Part shown: one piece after another, positions 16,758 through 26,146 of the stretch
How positions within the stretch are numbered: the first letter of the stretch is position 1
Layout of the letters: the number at the start of each line of letters is the position of its first letter
IMG/VR virus record: IMGVR_UViG_3300014168_000014
Coordinates: 1 to 28,019 of that record
Length of the DNA: 28,019 bases
Reading direction: 5' to 3' (one strand)
Source of the DNA: a virus
Lineage: Duplodnaviria > Caudoviricetes
The notes under the pieces: generated by a model
Told to the model about the DNA's origin: nothing
What the model saw: the letters and a program-made list of their open reading frames with translations, nothing else
Databases searched by the model: none
Program-made: the position numbers and the translations under genes

Positions 16758-17732
16758 ATGTCCGGATCGGTCGCATCAAAAGCCTTGTGGAGTTGGAGCA
16801 CGCCGGTTTCCGGCCAGTCACAAGTCGTCCTTGGCTATCCGACCACCGGCGGCCCCACCAAAAGCGGCATCATGCCGTCAGATCTTCGTCAATATGTCCA
16901 GGTGCCCATCCAAAGCTATGGCAACCCGCCGACGCCGGTACCGGACGCAAACATCCTGCAATGGATCCGTTTTGCCGAAGACGAAGTCGAGAAAGAAACA
17001 AACATCCGGCTGTGCCAGACATGGATCGCAGCACCCCCGGCAACATCGAAAGCCGAAGCGCAGGCGATAGGTGTTACCACCCAGTTCAATTATCAGCAGC
17101 TTGGTGTCGATTACGATCTCTACGAGCCCGGCTATGATTTCTTCTTCAAGCGCGCGCAGGATGAAGGCTGGATTTTCCAGAAGCTGCGCTGGCGGCCGGT
17201 GCAGAGTGTCGAGTTTGTCGACCCGACCGGCATATCTAATGCCCAGGTGCCGGGCACCAAGAACATGGCCTTCATCTATCCGCTGCTGAACGAATATTTC
17301 CGCATGCCGCAAAGCTGGATCGTGGAAGATCGGGCCCGCGGCTATGTTCGCTTTGTGCCGTCGACCAACGTGCAGATGTTGCCGCTGTTTGCCATGCAGC
17401 TGGCCTTCATGGGCTTCGCTGAATCAGTGCCGGCCGGGCTGTGGTTTCAATATACCGCCGGGTTGACACCGAACGATTATAATTCGGAATGGTCCTTCAT
17501 GCGTGAGTTGGTACTGGCTAAGGCGGCCGCAATCACACTTGGCAACATCCAGCTCGGTGTGAACTTCGGCGCCATGGAGACGACAACTCAGGTCGATGGT
17601 TTGCTGTACCGGACCAAGTGGAACGCCAAGGGCGCTTTTGCAGGACAGATAGATTTTTACGAGAAACGCGCTAAAGACCTGATGGGCACTGCGAAGAAAA
17701 AGGTTCGCGGGCCTGTGGTTGGATTTGTGTGA
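16758..17732 (+). CDS. Putative head-tail adaptor/neck protein
   Basis: Position after the capsid gene. ILQWIRFAEDEVEKETNI, KLRWRPVQSVE, FQYTAG and TQVDG are adaptor-like motifs. Confidence 0.7.
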   Translation: MSGSVASKALWSWSTPVSGQSQVVLGYPTTGGPTKSGIMPSDLRQYVQVPIQSYGNPPTPVPDANILQWIRFAEDEVEKETNIRLCQTWIAAPPATSKAEAQAIGVTTQFNYQQLGVDYDLYEPGYDFFFKRAQDEGWIFQKLRWRPVQSVEFVDPTGISNAQVPGTKNMAFIYPLLNEYFRMPQSWIVEDRARGYVRFVPSTNVQMLPLFAMQLAFMGFAESVPAGLWFQYTAGLTPNDYNSEWSFMRELVLAKAAAITLGNIQLGVNFGAMETTTQVDGLLYRTKWNAKGAFAGQIDFYEKRAKDLMGTAKKKVRGPVVGFV

Positions 17733-18589
17733 TGTCCGATACTCCTTTTGTCCCGGCCATAACCCCTTGGCTGCTCCCGGCGGAGCCGTTCAATAATCTG
17801 ATTGCGAGCATGGGGCAGCGTGTGTCCTGGATGAAGGCTCACACTTGTCCCTGCACCTACGCCGGAGGTGGTCCGCAAGGGCGCCTGCCCATGGTTGGAG
17901 GTGCTGATCCCGGCTGCCTGCAGTGCTTTGGTGTCGGCACGTATTGGGATGCGCCAAGCGAACCGTTTCCTGCTCTCGCAACATTCACCCAGATGACTCC
18001 GACACCGAATGAGCCCGGTGTTTTCATGGAAGAAAAGATGGGTCAGATCCAGTCCGCGGATCCGGCCTTGACAATTCCCTATATAAATCCAGCCAATCCG
18101 AACGTACCGAATGAAGCATGGCAGTATGCTGGCACCAGCGATATCATCGTGCTGCCGGACAGCCTGACGCGCTATAACGCTGTGCTGCAGGTCGGAGGGC
18201 TCATCAATCTACCTTACCAGCAGAATATGGTGATTGCACCTTCCGGTGCTGTGACGACATATAATACCACCACGCAGCAAATAAGTTTCCCTTCATACAC
18301 AACATCAGGGACGGCCGTCATTGTGTCATCACTACCGGATGGCACCAACTATATGGTCGAGTTTCAGGCAGCACCGCTCTATGTGATTTTCCGCAAGGCG
18401 GGCGGCCTGCCGCATGTGCGCGCTTTCGGCGCCGGGCAGGTCAATCTGCCGCGGAAGTATCATTTAGGTACACTGGACCTCTGGCTGCGAGAGCGGCTTG
18501 GCTCGTCCACAGTCACGACATACAGCCAGTACGCCAATGGGGCTATTTTGCCCTTTATCATGCAACAGGGTCAAATGATCCAGACGTAA
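17732..18589 (+). CDS. Putative neck/head-closure protein
   Basis: TGATG coupling. N-terminal FNNLIASMGQRVSWMKAHTCPC...CLQCFGVG zinc motif as in SPO1-like neck proteins. Confidence 0.68.
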   Translation: MSDTPFVPAITPWLLPAEPFNNLIASMGQRVSWMKAHTCPCTYAGGGPQGRLPMVGGADPGCLQCFGVGTYWDAPSEPFPALATFTQMTPTPNEPGVFMEEKMGQIQSADPALTIPYINPANPNVPNEAWQYAGTSDIIVLPDSLTRYNAVLQVGGLINLPYQQNMVIAPSGAVTTYNTTTQQISFPSYTTSGTAVIVSSLPDGTNYMVEFQAAPLYVIFRKAGGLPHVRAFGAGQVNLPRKYHLGTLDLWLRERLGSSTVTTYSQYANGAILPFIMQQGQMIQT

Positions 18590-18597
18590 AGATTGAT

Positions 18598-19152
18598 ATG
18601 ACATCTATCATAAACATGCTCGGGACCGGCGACTACGAAGTGCAGACTGATCTGCCGGCCTGGGCGATCAATCAGATCTCACTAGAGATATTTCGTATGT
18701 GGGTCAGTTTTGCCGAAGGTGGAGAGCCGCTGGGCGGCCGTAAAATCGCGTATCCGACCGGACGCTATGCCTCATCGATCCGCAGCCAAACCATGGGTGT
18801 TGCTACAGTCGCCATCATGGCGGATGAAAATATAGCGCCCGAAGCGGCCTGGATCGAGTCGGGCCATAAGCCTTACGACATGAAGAAGGCGCTCATGCGC
18901 GGGCGGGGCTATCCGATGCACCGGCCGCCGGGAGAAGGAAATTTCGGTACCCGGCGGCTGGGCTATACTGGCCCCATCTCCCGGCGCAGAACGATGTGGG
19001 CGGCAGCGCGTAGTTCGGAATTCAGCGGCTTCGCTTCGATTGGGCCGAACTCACCGGCCGATTCCTGGATCATCCCGGAAATGCCGGCGTACAGCCCGGC
19101 GCTGAACCTCGCTATCGCCGCGGCGAATATAGCCGATGGGATGCAGACGTAA
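18598..19152 (+). CDS. Putative neck/tail-completion protein
   Basis: TGRYASSI..AAWIESGHKPYDMK..DSWIIP. Located in the neck module. Confidence 0.6.
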   Translation: MTSIINMLGTGDYEVQTDLPAWAINQISLEIFRMWVSFAEGGEPLGGRKIAYPTGRYASSIRSQTMGVATVAIMADENIAPEAAWIESGHKPYDMKKALMRGRGYPMHRPPGEGNFGTRRLGYTGPISRRRTMWAAARSSEFSGFASIGPNSPADSWIIPEMPAYSPALNLAIAAANIADGMQT

Positions 19153-20036
19153 TGGCGGGCCCAGCTGTAAACTATTCTGTGGTGCCGGTCGGCGGCGTCA
19201 TCAATCTGGAGATGCCGGGGTGGTTGCCCCCAGCGTCCGGCCAAGGTGTGGTTACGATCTCTCGGGCGGTATCAGGTGCTGGAGGGCTTTCGGCTTTCAC
19301 GACGCTCTATACAGGTGCCGCGACCGGCGCTTTTCTTTGGGTTGACGCTGGAGATCTTCTCCCCGCACCGCTTTTCCCAGGCTCAGGCTACGTATATCAA
19401 GTCACTGATAATTCGGGAACAAATCAGGTCGGTCCGATCTATCCTGCACCGACCTATTTTAATTCACCCGATAGACTTACACAGCTATTTATCCGGTTGC
19501 TGCAGGCCGGCGTCAATAATCTGTCGCTGCCGTCAGGGATCGGTGCTACCCAGGTTTTGGCGCAGATGCCCCAGGGTGGTTTTCAGGCGCTCCCGTACAT
19601 TCTCGTGAATCTTGACTTAATACAGCAATATCAGACGGGTATAGGTCAGGATGTTGAGAACCCGGATAACACCGGCGATTGGATGATTGTGGTGAACAGC
19701 AAGCGGGTCTGGCGTGTATCGGTGATGTCGCGCAACGCCAATGAGCGCGATTTCTATCGGGATAGCCTATTGGGTATGTTCCAGGTGCTGCTCGCCACTG
19801 TATTTCTGCCGATGGGTATCGAGGTGCACCATGACTTCCAGGCGGCCAGCGGTACCGATGCCCGCGAATGGGAGGGCAAAAATCCAGGGTTTTACTATGC
19901 GGAGATGATCTTCACGATTTCCGGCACCTTCCCGGTCAACATACTGGAGACACCACGCTATATCGAGGCAATCACTGTCACTGCTACCATGCCGGATCTG
20001 GTCACGGAAGAGATAGAGATACCACCGACCATATGA
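19152..20036 (+). CDS. Putative tail terminator/completion protein with N-terminal Fn3-like domain
   Basis: TAATG coupling. VTISR..LWVDAG..YVYQV beta-sandwich pattern, then LPYILVNL..RVSVMSRNANERD. Upstream of the sheath. Confidence 0.55.
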   Translation: MAGPAVNYSVVPVGGVINLEMPGWLPPASGQGVVTISRAVSGAGGLSAFTTLYTGAATGAFLWVDAGDLLPAPLFPGSGYVYQVTDNSGTNQVGPIYPAPTYFNSPDRLTQLFIRLLQAGVNNLSLPSGIGATQVLAQMPQGGFQALPYILVNLDLIQQYQTGIGQDVENPDNTGDWMIVVNSKRVWRVSVMSRNANERDFYRDSLLGMFQVLLATVFLPMGIEVHHDFQAASGTDAREWEGKNPGFYYAEMIFTISGTFPVNILETPRYIEAITVTATMPDLVTEEIEIPPTI

Positions 20037-20126
20037 CAGCAACCCGCTAGGCGTGTTCGATATAGGGGCTGCCTGCGCCATCTGGTAACTTGGAGCTTCA
20101 ATGAAGCCCCAGCGCGGATAGGCATT

Positions 20127-20399
20127 ATGAGTGATAGCACAGAAACTCCTACCCCGGCCCCTGACGTGGTTCCGGCTCCAGGCCCCACGCCGCTCCCTCC
20201 TGCGCATGTGAACCAGGATTTTCCGGTTCCGGTGCATATCTTTGTGAAGTCTCTCGTCGGCACTGATCGCGAAGTATATTCGAAGCTTTTGCTGATCAAT
20301 CACAAGCGTAAGAGCCACACGCCTGAATACTGGCACTCGTTGATCGATGGACACAGCAATGAGCCGGCCTACAAGGCGAACCCGCCGGTACGGCGCTAA
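20127..20399 (+). CDS. Hypothetical protein (90 aa)
   Basis: Small ORF immediately before the sheath gene with a Pro-rich N-terminus. Confidence 0.6.
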   Translation: MSDSTETPTPAPDVVPAPGPTPLPPAHVNQDFPVPVHIFVKSLVGTDREVYSKLLLINHKRKSHTPEYWHSLIDGHSNEPAYKANPPVRR

Positions 20400-20422
20400 C
20401 GGATACGGTGGAGGAATAGCTC

Positions 20423-22213
20423 ATGCCGCAAGTCGGAACCACATTTAACGGTCAGTACATTTCGCTGCCGGGCGCTTATTACGCTGACAACGTGCAAGCG
20501 ACGCTGTCGAACACTTTCCCGACCCCGCCGCTTCTGATGATCGGCTACACCTACGGCCTAAAGCCGCAGACCCCGACCTATTTCACGACAGCGCAAAACG
20601 CGATCAATGCTGTACGCGGTGGTCCGCTCGGAGCGTTTATCCCATTCGTAGCGAACCCGTCACCTTCGTTGAACGGCACGCAGAATATTACAATCATCGA
20701 TGCGTCATCGAACACGCAAGCGGCCTACGCTCTGCAATCATCCGGCGCCACGACATTCGCCACGCTGACGACAGTCGGCTACGGGCCGCCGTCGAATCTG
20801 ATGCAGGTTACGGTGGCTTCGGGTACGTTGGCTGGGTTGAAGCTGACACTCACCGATAACTCTCAAGTGCCGCCGGTTTCGGTTACGGGCGACAATCTCA
20901 GCTACCCCTTCACCCTTGCGTATAATGGCACTGCGACCGGTTCACTGTCTTACACAGCGGTGAGCGGTGCATCGAGCGGCACTTTCACACTCACCAGTCC
21001 GAATGCCGGCGAGACTTTTGTTTTCCCGCTCGCGGCATCGCAGGTTGCATCGATTACACAGCTGGTGGAAGCCATTAACGGTACCGGGTTCTGGCTGGCA
21101 GATCTTTTGTCCGCGACGAACGGCCAGTTGCCTTCTTATCAGATCACCGGCGGCAGCGGCACGCTTGCCGCGGTCTCGGGTGGTGTGGCTCAGTTCAAGA
21201 ATATTCCGGCGTTCAAGAATGATATTCCGTTTTGGGTAAACCAGTTTGCCTCGACCTACTGCACAGCAGTGACCGGCGCGCTGGGTGACGTCATATCAGC
21301 ACAGCCAATCACCATTCCGCCGACTTATTTCAGCGGCGCCACCGGCGTGCCGCCGACCACAAGCGGCTATGCGTCGGCTCTGAACGTGGCTCTGAACGTG
21401 GATGCCTGGGCTGTATTCTGCGATACCAACACCACCGCTGTCATGGCGCTTCTCGCCTCACATTGCGAGACCGCGAGCAGCATACTGTACGGTGCACCTC
21501 GGCGCGGCTTTACGGGGTCCAGCATAGGCGATTCCGTCTCGACGACGATCACAAATGCTACCAGCCTGAATGCCATTCAGATGGTCTACGCTTATCCCGG
21601 CATCGTCGTTACCAGCACCACGACGGGTTTGCCGACGACTTATGGCGGCCTATATGCCGCCGCGGCTGCGGCCGGCATCGTCTGCGGTAATCCGATTGCC
21701 ACGGCGCTAACCAATAAGCCATTGAACGGCACTGGGCTTGAAGTGACGCTGACATCGTCTCAGCAAACCGAGCTGCAGAATGCCGGTGTCATGGTTATTA
21801 TTCCAGCGACAGGGACCAAACTGCCAACGATTTTGAGTGATATGACCTGCTGGCAGTCTGACAGCAACATATCGAATACATCATCGCAGCAGGTCGGTAA
21901 CCGTTTCTGGCTGGCTTATACGATGCTGAACGCGATGCAGCCTTATGTCGGCAGCATTGCTTCGAACGTATCGGAATCGGTCATTTTGCGCGCGGCGATC
22001 CGTGCTCTGAATGCCTTGATATATACAGGCGGCACATCCAATGGCGTGCTGAATTCCTGGAACGCGAACAGCCTGCAGCTCGTTTACACGGGTACAAATC
22101 AGCTGGCCGCGATCACATTCGAAGCAACGCTTGTCGGCCAGAACCGGTACATCACGATCTATGTGCCGATCCAGCCGTTGAACATCACCGTAACAGCCAG
22201 CACCGCAGGTTAA
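20423..22213 (+). CDS. Tail sheath protein
   Basis: GGAGG RBS, 596 aa. N-terminal FNGQYISLPGAY, C-terminal AAAAAGI..ALTNKPL..QTELQNAGV. Followed by the tube gene. Confidence 0.88.
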   Translation: MPQVGTTFNGQYISLPGAYYADNVQATLSNTFPTPPLLMIGYTYGLKPQTPTYFTTAQNAINAVRGGPLGAFIPFVANPSPSLNGTQNITIIDASSNTQAAYALQSSGATTFATLTTVGYGPPSNLMQVTVASGTLAGLKLTLTDNSQVPPVSVTGDNLSYPFTLAYNGTATGSLSYTAVSGASSGTFTLTSPNAGETFVFPLAASQVASITQLVEAINGTGFWLADLLSATNGQLPSYQITGGSGTLAAVSGGVAQFKNIPAFKNDIPFWVNQFASTYCTAVTGALGDVISAQPITIPPTYFSGATGVPPTTSGYASALNVALNVDAWAVFCDTNTTAVMALLASHCETASSILYGAPRRGFTGSSIGDSVSTTITNATSLNAIQMVYAYPGIVVTSTTTGLPTTYGGLYAAAAAAGIVCGNPIATALTNKPLNGTGLEVTLTSSQQTELQNAGVMVIIPATGTKLPTILSDMTCWQSDSNISNTSSQQVGNRFWLAYTMLNAMQPYVGSIASNVSESVILRAAIRALNALIYTGGTSNGVLNSWNANSLQLVYTGTNQLAAITFEATLVGQNRYITIYVPIQPLNITVTASTAG

Positions 22214-22229
22214 GAAGAGGAAGTAGATC

Positions 22230-22751
22230 ATGCCCGGCTTTAACGCGCAGCAAGCAACACCACAGGTCCAGACTGGTAATCAGGTCGCCGTGCTCGTCGG
22301 TGATACCGTTCTCATGTTCGCGCAGAGTGTGGGTTTGGTGCTGCCACTGGGTGCCGAGCAGCTGTACGGTATTGGCACAGCGAAGCCGCAGGAAATTCCA
22401 CAGCTTCGTATGTCGCCGTCCGTCACGCTGTCCAACTTCAAGCTTACAGCGGCGGGGCTCGCGGCCCTGCAAGGCAGCCAGAATCTGGCCTTCATCCTTG
22501 TGGATAATCAGTTCGACATCAGCGTCTATGACGGCATCACCAAGACGACGATGACGTCCTATGTCGGCAGTAAGGCTCAAAACTACTCCCAGAATATTCC
22601 GACCAATGCCGTTATCCAGGAAAGCATCACCTTCCTTTCGCTCGATGTGCTCAACAGCGCGGGTCAATCGATCATGGATAGCGCGACCAACGCCATCGAG
22701 GTTCTGTCCAATCTTGCCACCGGCGCCGTGACGCTTGGCTTGAACACATAA
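22230..22751 (+). CDS. Tail tube protein
   Basis: GAGG RBS, 173 aa after the sheath. VQTGNQV..LYGIGTAKPQE..NAVIQESITF. Confidence 0.82.
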   Translation: MPGFNAQQATPQVQTGNQVAVLVGDTVLMFAQSVGLVLPLGAEQLYGIGTAKPQEIPQLRMSPSVTLSNFKLTAAGLAALQGSQNLAFILVDNQFDISVYDGITKTTMTSYVGSKAQNYSQNIPTNAVIQESITFLSLDVLNSAGQSIMDSATNAIEVLSNLATGAVTLGLNT

Positions 22752-22795
22752 ACGTGACATATTAGCAGTACCGTTATCAATGAGGGGGCCGCTAA

Positions 22796-23224
22796 ATGTC
22801 GGATGTGCTGGACGAAACGCTTGAGGTAATTGTCCGCAAGCAGAAATATATCTTCAAAATCCCATCGATTACCTTCGATATTGAGGTGGGGTATCGCGCG
22901 ACTGAGATCCGCCAGCGGATCGCACCCCAATTCATGGGCAGCCTTTTCGGTCTGGATAACGCGGCTGCACAGCTAGCCCGTATTTTTGCGATTATGGAAC
23001 TGTATTTGCTGCGCGCCGACGTGCCGTGGCCTTTCTCGCCCGGACCGAACGGTAAGCCTGTCGTCGACAGCGCCAAGTTCCCGCGTGACAAAACCAACAC
23101 GGTTTATGATATCGGGCAGGCATTCGAGGCCGCCTATGGCCGATTTCGTGACGACGGGACTGGAGACAACCAGTCCAATGGCGATCAAGCTGTGGCAGGT
23201 GTCGAAGATCCAGGGGCACCGTAA
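22796..23224 (+). CDS. Tail assembly chaperone (G-like)
   Basis: Between tube and tape measure, GAGGGG RBS. Its 3' end overlaps a second ORF in the +1 frame. Confidence 0.75.
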   Translation: MSDVLDETLEVIVRKQKYIFKIPSITFDIEVGYRATEIRQRIAPQFMGSLFGLDNAAAQLARIFAIMELYLLRADVPWPFSPGPNGKPVVDSAKFPRDKTNTVYDIGQAFEAAYGRFRDDGTGDNQSNGDQAVAGVEDPGAP

Positions 23225-23552
23225 CCCCTGGGGCAAGCCTCTGACCGAACTGAATGCGGCGCAGCTCGACTTCATCCTGGAGATGGAAGCGCAGGATAAC
23301 CCACGCAAGGTGGTCTTCTATCGTGACGGCAAAGCCTCGGATGGCTCCCATAAGGTAATCGAAGATGCGGCGTGGCATGACGTGCTCGTGGACCCGGTCA
23401 AAGCCGGTCACGGACCGTCCAAGGCCGCGGCCACCACGGCAGCGCACGCCGCGGCATGGCGTGCCCGACAGCAGATCAATTCACCGTCATCTGCTACACC
23501 AGGGTTGAAACCAGGATTCACCCGAGGGGGCAAGCCGATAAATGGTGTCTAA
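23145..23552 (+). CDS. Tail assembly chaperone extension (T-like), probably translated by +1 frameshift
   Basis: Open +1 frame from the TTT-CGT site (23144-23149). KLWQ..NPW..LTELNAAQLDFILEMEAQD resembles the second chaperone ORF of SPO1/Twort-like phages. Independent ATGs at 23136 and 23178 are alternatives. Confidence 0.65.
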   Translation, partial: FVTTGLETTSPMAIKLWQVSKIQGHRNPWGKPLTELNAAQLDFILEMEAQDNPRKVVFYRDGKASDGSHKVIEDAAWHDVLVDPVKAGHGPSKAAATTAAHAAAWRARQQINSPSSATPGLKPGFTRGGKPINGV

Positions 23553-25893
23553 AGTCACCCTGACTGGTGCCGGCGGCGCCAAATATACAGCAAGCACAGC
23601 CCGGCTAGGTCGGAATGGTCTTGGCCAGCTGGATCCGGCCATGCTCAATCCGACCATGCGGCTGACCCCGGAAACACTTGCCGGCGGCCCGACGCTCACG
23701 CCGGAATCCTTGGCGCATGGCGGACGGCCGCCACTGACCGCTGCATCCTTTGCCAATGAGTTTATGCAGCCGGTTGGTTCACCCCCGGCGAACTCACCTC
23801 TGGGCATGCTGCTCGGCGGGCTGAAGAACATATCCGAAGGCGTTAACCGGACGGATATGGATGTAAAGCGCCTGACCCCAGCATCTTTCGGCGGAGGGGG
23901 TGGCGCACCGCTGACCGCCGCGGCGCTGGCGGGTGTGAGTGGGCCCGGGCTGACGCTCTATCCTAATGCTGGCGTAAGCCCGCAGCGCCTGACCCCAGGC
24001 ACGCTGGCGGGTGGAGGAGGAGGAGGAGGCGGCGGAGGTGGAGGTGGTGGAGGCTTTGGTGGCGGTTTTGCCGGGGGCTTCTTCGGTCGAGCTTTAGGTT
24101 CGGTTGGTTTTGGTGCAACGGGGCGGTTGCTGGCCGGTGGTGGCCTCACCGGCGACATGGCCTTCGACATAATCAAGGAACTCGCTTTAGCACCTCAATC
24201 AACCGTGGCCATGGCAGCCGGCGTCATGGGCATGGCGCAGCCATATATCGATCAGGTACGGCTTACCGCGGGCATGTCGCGCGCCGGCGGATACGCCTTT
24301 GGGGATCAGAGCAACCCGAATAGCCTCATGGCGCAGTTCCTAGCGCCGGGCGGCAATCCGACTGCGGTCATGTCGCAATATGGTTTGACGCAACAGCAAG
24401 GAGCAAGCTGGCTACAGAATTATGGTATTTTGCAAGGAAGCACGGCAGGTGAAGGAAATCTTCTCAGCTCGATGGCCGGCGCCGCGTACCTGCCCGGGTT
24501 CGGTATGTCATCACCCGATCAGGTGGCTCAATTCTTCGCGGACATGGCCGGGGCGGGAGCTATAAACACAACACCGCAAGGAGTATCAGCCAGCGGCACC
24601 CAGCTTTCTGATGTTCTGACCAAAGCCATTGCGGCGGGTATGAACAGTGCTGATGTGCTGCAATCAATCGACAGCGGTGTTCAGTCCATGGCGACACTGG
24701 GCGCCGGGTCTTCAGCGGTCGGTTTCGGTAGATTCTTGACCCAGTTCGGCGGATTGCCGGGCGGTGCCAGTGGTGCGGCCGGTCTTGCCGCGGCGCAAGG
24801 ATTAGGAGGAGCGCTCGGTACGATAGGGTCAAATCCGGCGCGCACATATGGGGCTGCGCTATTCGCAACCAAATACAGCACAGCGGCAAGTCTGCAAGCC
24901 GAAGTAAACAGCACGACAGGCGATAACGGCGCTTTATGGGCTAAGCTGAACAGCACGCAAGCTGGCAGAGACGCGCTGAATAATTATTATACTCTGGCAC
25001 AGAGTGGTAATGTGCTCGGCGCATCGCAGCTGTTATCACAGATCTTCAGTGGTGCTGGTGCGCAAGGTATGCAGACAGCCATACTCACGGGTGGCGGTGC
25101 TCTGACAGCTATGGTGCCAGCCCCTTATCAGACGCTTGTCGGCGGGAGCCTCACAAACACAGGGGCAATACCTTACGAAGCGATGACAATACCTAACAGC
25201 GGTCAAGGCCCAGGCACTGGTGCTAATCCGCTGAGCAGCATAAATCCAGGATATGATTCCAAAATAGGCGTGGCTGGCTATACGAAAGCACTCCAGGGAA
25301 TGAACATTCCTGGTACGAATTTAAAATTGTCGCCGGGACAGATCGCGAATTTGATAAACGCCGGTCGGGCGTCCAAGACAAATCCTTTAATTCTTGCTGC
25401 GCAATACTGGAAAGAATCAACCTGGGGCACCCTTGGTGATAAGACCAATGTGATGCATATGACCGGCGGCGCGCTTGCGCAGATCGGCGCGGGAAGACCC
25501 GGATCTCAGCTCCAATCTATGACCGATGCAGGTCTGTATGATCAGTATCTGTTGAAACAGTCAGGTGGTAATCTGACAGCAGCACTGGATGCTTACGGCC
25601 CAGGTGGCAGCTATATCACCAAAACAGAAAGCGGTTCTAGCGCCACCATTCTCAGTCTGCTGACTGGCGGCGGTCAAGGCATTCCCGCTAATATGCAGGG
25701 AGATATAGCGCTGAGCAATGCGCAACAGATGGCGTCGTCAGCGTTGAGTTTTAGTGAAGTGGGGCCGCTTCTGGTAATAGCGTCTACGGCACTTAAGGCT
25801 GTCAGCGTAAATGCTTCAAATGCCGCAAATGCGCTCGATCAAATGGGTGCGACACTCAAGGCGAGCGGCTACCGGGGAGCCGGTGGCAAATGA
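23542..25893 (+). CDS. Tape measure protein with C-terminal lytic transglycosylase-like domain
   Basis: Gly/Ala-rich 783 aa after the chaperones. NPLILAAQYWKESTWG..NVMHM..YLLKQSGGNLTAALDAYGPG at about 25381-25605. Confidence 0.8.
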   Translation: MVSKVTLTGAGGAKYTASTARLGRNGLGQLDPAMLNPTMRLTPETLAGGPTLTPESLAHGGRPPLTAASFANEFMQPVGSPPANSPLGMLLGGLKNISEGVNRTDMDVKRLTPASFGGGGGAPLTAAALAGVSGPGLTLYPNAGVSPQRLTPGTLAGGGGGGGGGGGGGGGFGGGFAGGFFGRALGSVGFGATGRLLAGGGLTGDMAFDIIKELALAPQSTVAMAAGVMGMAQPYIDQVRLTAGMSRAGGYAFGDQSNPNSLMAQFLAPGGNPTAVMSQYGLTQQQGASWLQNYGILQGSTAGEGNLLSSMAGAAYLPGFGMSSPDQVAQFFADMAGAGAINTTPQGVSASGTQLSDVLTKAIAAGMNSADVLQSIDSGVQSMATLGAGSSAVGFGRFLTQFGGLPGGASGAAGLAAAQGLGGALGTIGSNPARTYGAALFATKYSTAASLQAEVNSTTGDNGALWAKLNSTQAGRDALNNYYTLAQSGNVLGASQLLSQIFSGAGAQGMQTAILTGGGALTAMVPAPYQTLVGGSLTNTGAIPYEAMTIPNSGQGPGTGANPLSSINPGYDSKIGVAGYTKALQGMNIPGTNLKLSPGQIANLINAGRASKTNPLILAAQYWKESTWGTLGDKTNVMHMTGGALAQIGAGRPGSQLQSMTDAGLYDQYLLKQSGGNLTAALDAYGPGGSYITKTESGSSATILSLLTGGGQGIPANMQGDIALSNAQQMASSALSFSEVGPLLVIASTALKAVSVNASNAANALDQMGATLKASGYRGAGGK
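24010..24054 (+). repeat. Poly-glycine tract (15 GGN codons)
   Basis: ggt gga gga gga gga gga ggc ggc gga ggt gga ggt ggt gga ggc. Confidence 0.95.
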
Positions 25894-25895
25894 GT

Positions 25896-26111
25896 TTAGT
25901 TGCCGACAGCGGCCATGCCGGTGATAAGACCCATCTGCGAGCATGTCACGTAGGTTAGCATGATTATGAAGACCGTTCCGACTATGAGGACCAGCGCCAT
26001 GATATGCAGGCTGACCCAGCCGTCCACAGTCTTAGGCTTACCCTGGAACCGGCACAGGCCGTCCACGATGAAATAAACTACGATGGCTAAAAGGGCGATT
26101 ACGAGGAACAT
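25896..26111 (-). CDS. Small two-transmembrane protein (71 aa), moron-like
   Basis: Fills the gap between tape measure and hub on the opposite strand. Hydrophobic segments FLVIALLAIVVYFIV and WVSLHIMALVLIVGTVFIIMLTYV. ATG 26111 preferred over TTG 26168. Confidence 0.65.
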   Translation of the reverse strand: MFLVIALLAIVVYFIVDGLCRFQGKPKTVDGWVSLHIMALVLIVGTVFIIMLTYVTCSQMGLITGMAAVGN

Positions 26112-26117
26112 GTCGCA

Positions 26118-26146
26118 GCTATAGTCTAAGTCGAGTAGTAACGCAA
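26118..26146 (-). promoter_or_regulatory. Putative promoter TTGCGT-N17-TATAGC for a leaderless transcript
   Basis: On the minus strand, -35 at 26146-26141 and -10 at 26123-26118, then 6 nt to ATG 26111. AT-rich tract upstream and no RBS. Confidence 0.45.

Noticed and set aside
20064-20110. GGGGCT/AGCCCC complementary pair in the 90-bp intergenic gap
   Set aside because: Only 6 bp with a long loop and no U-tract. It is not a terminator or a recognisable RNA motif.
21376-21401. 12-bp tandem duplication GGCTCTGAACGT (ALNV twice) in the sheath
   Set aside because: Two in-frame copies only, most simply a local duplication or chance.
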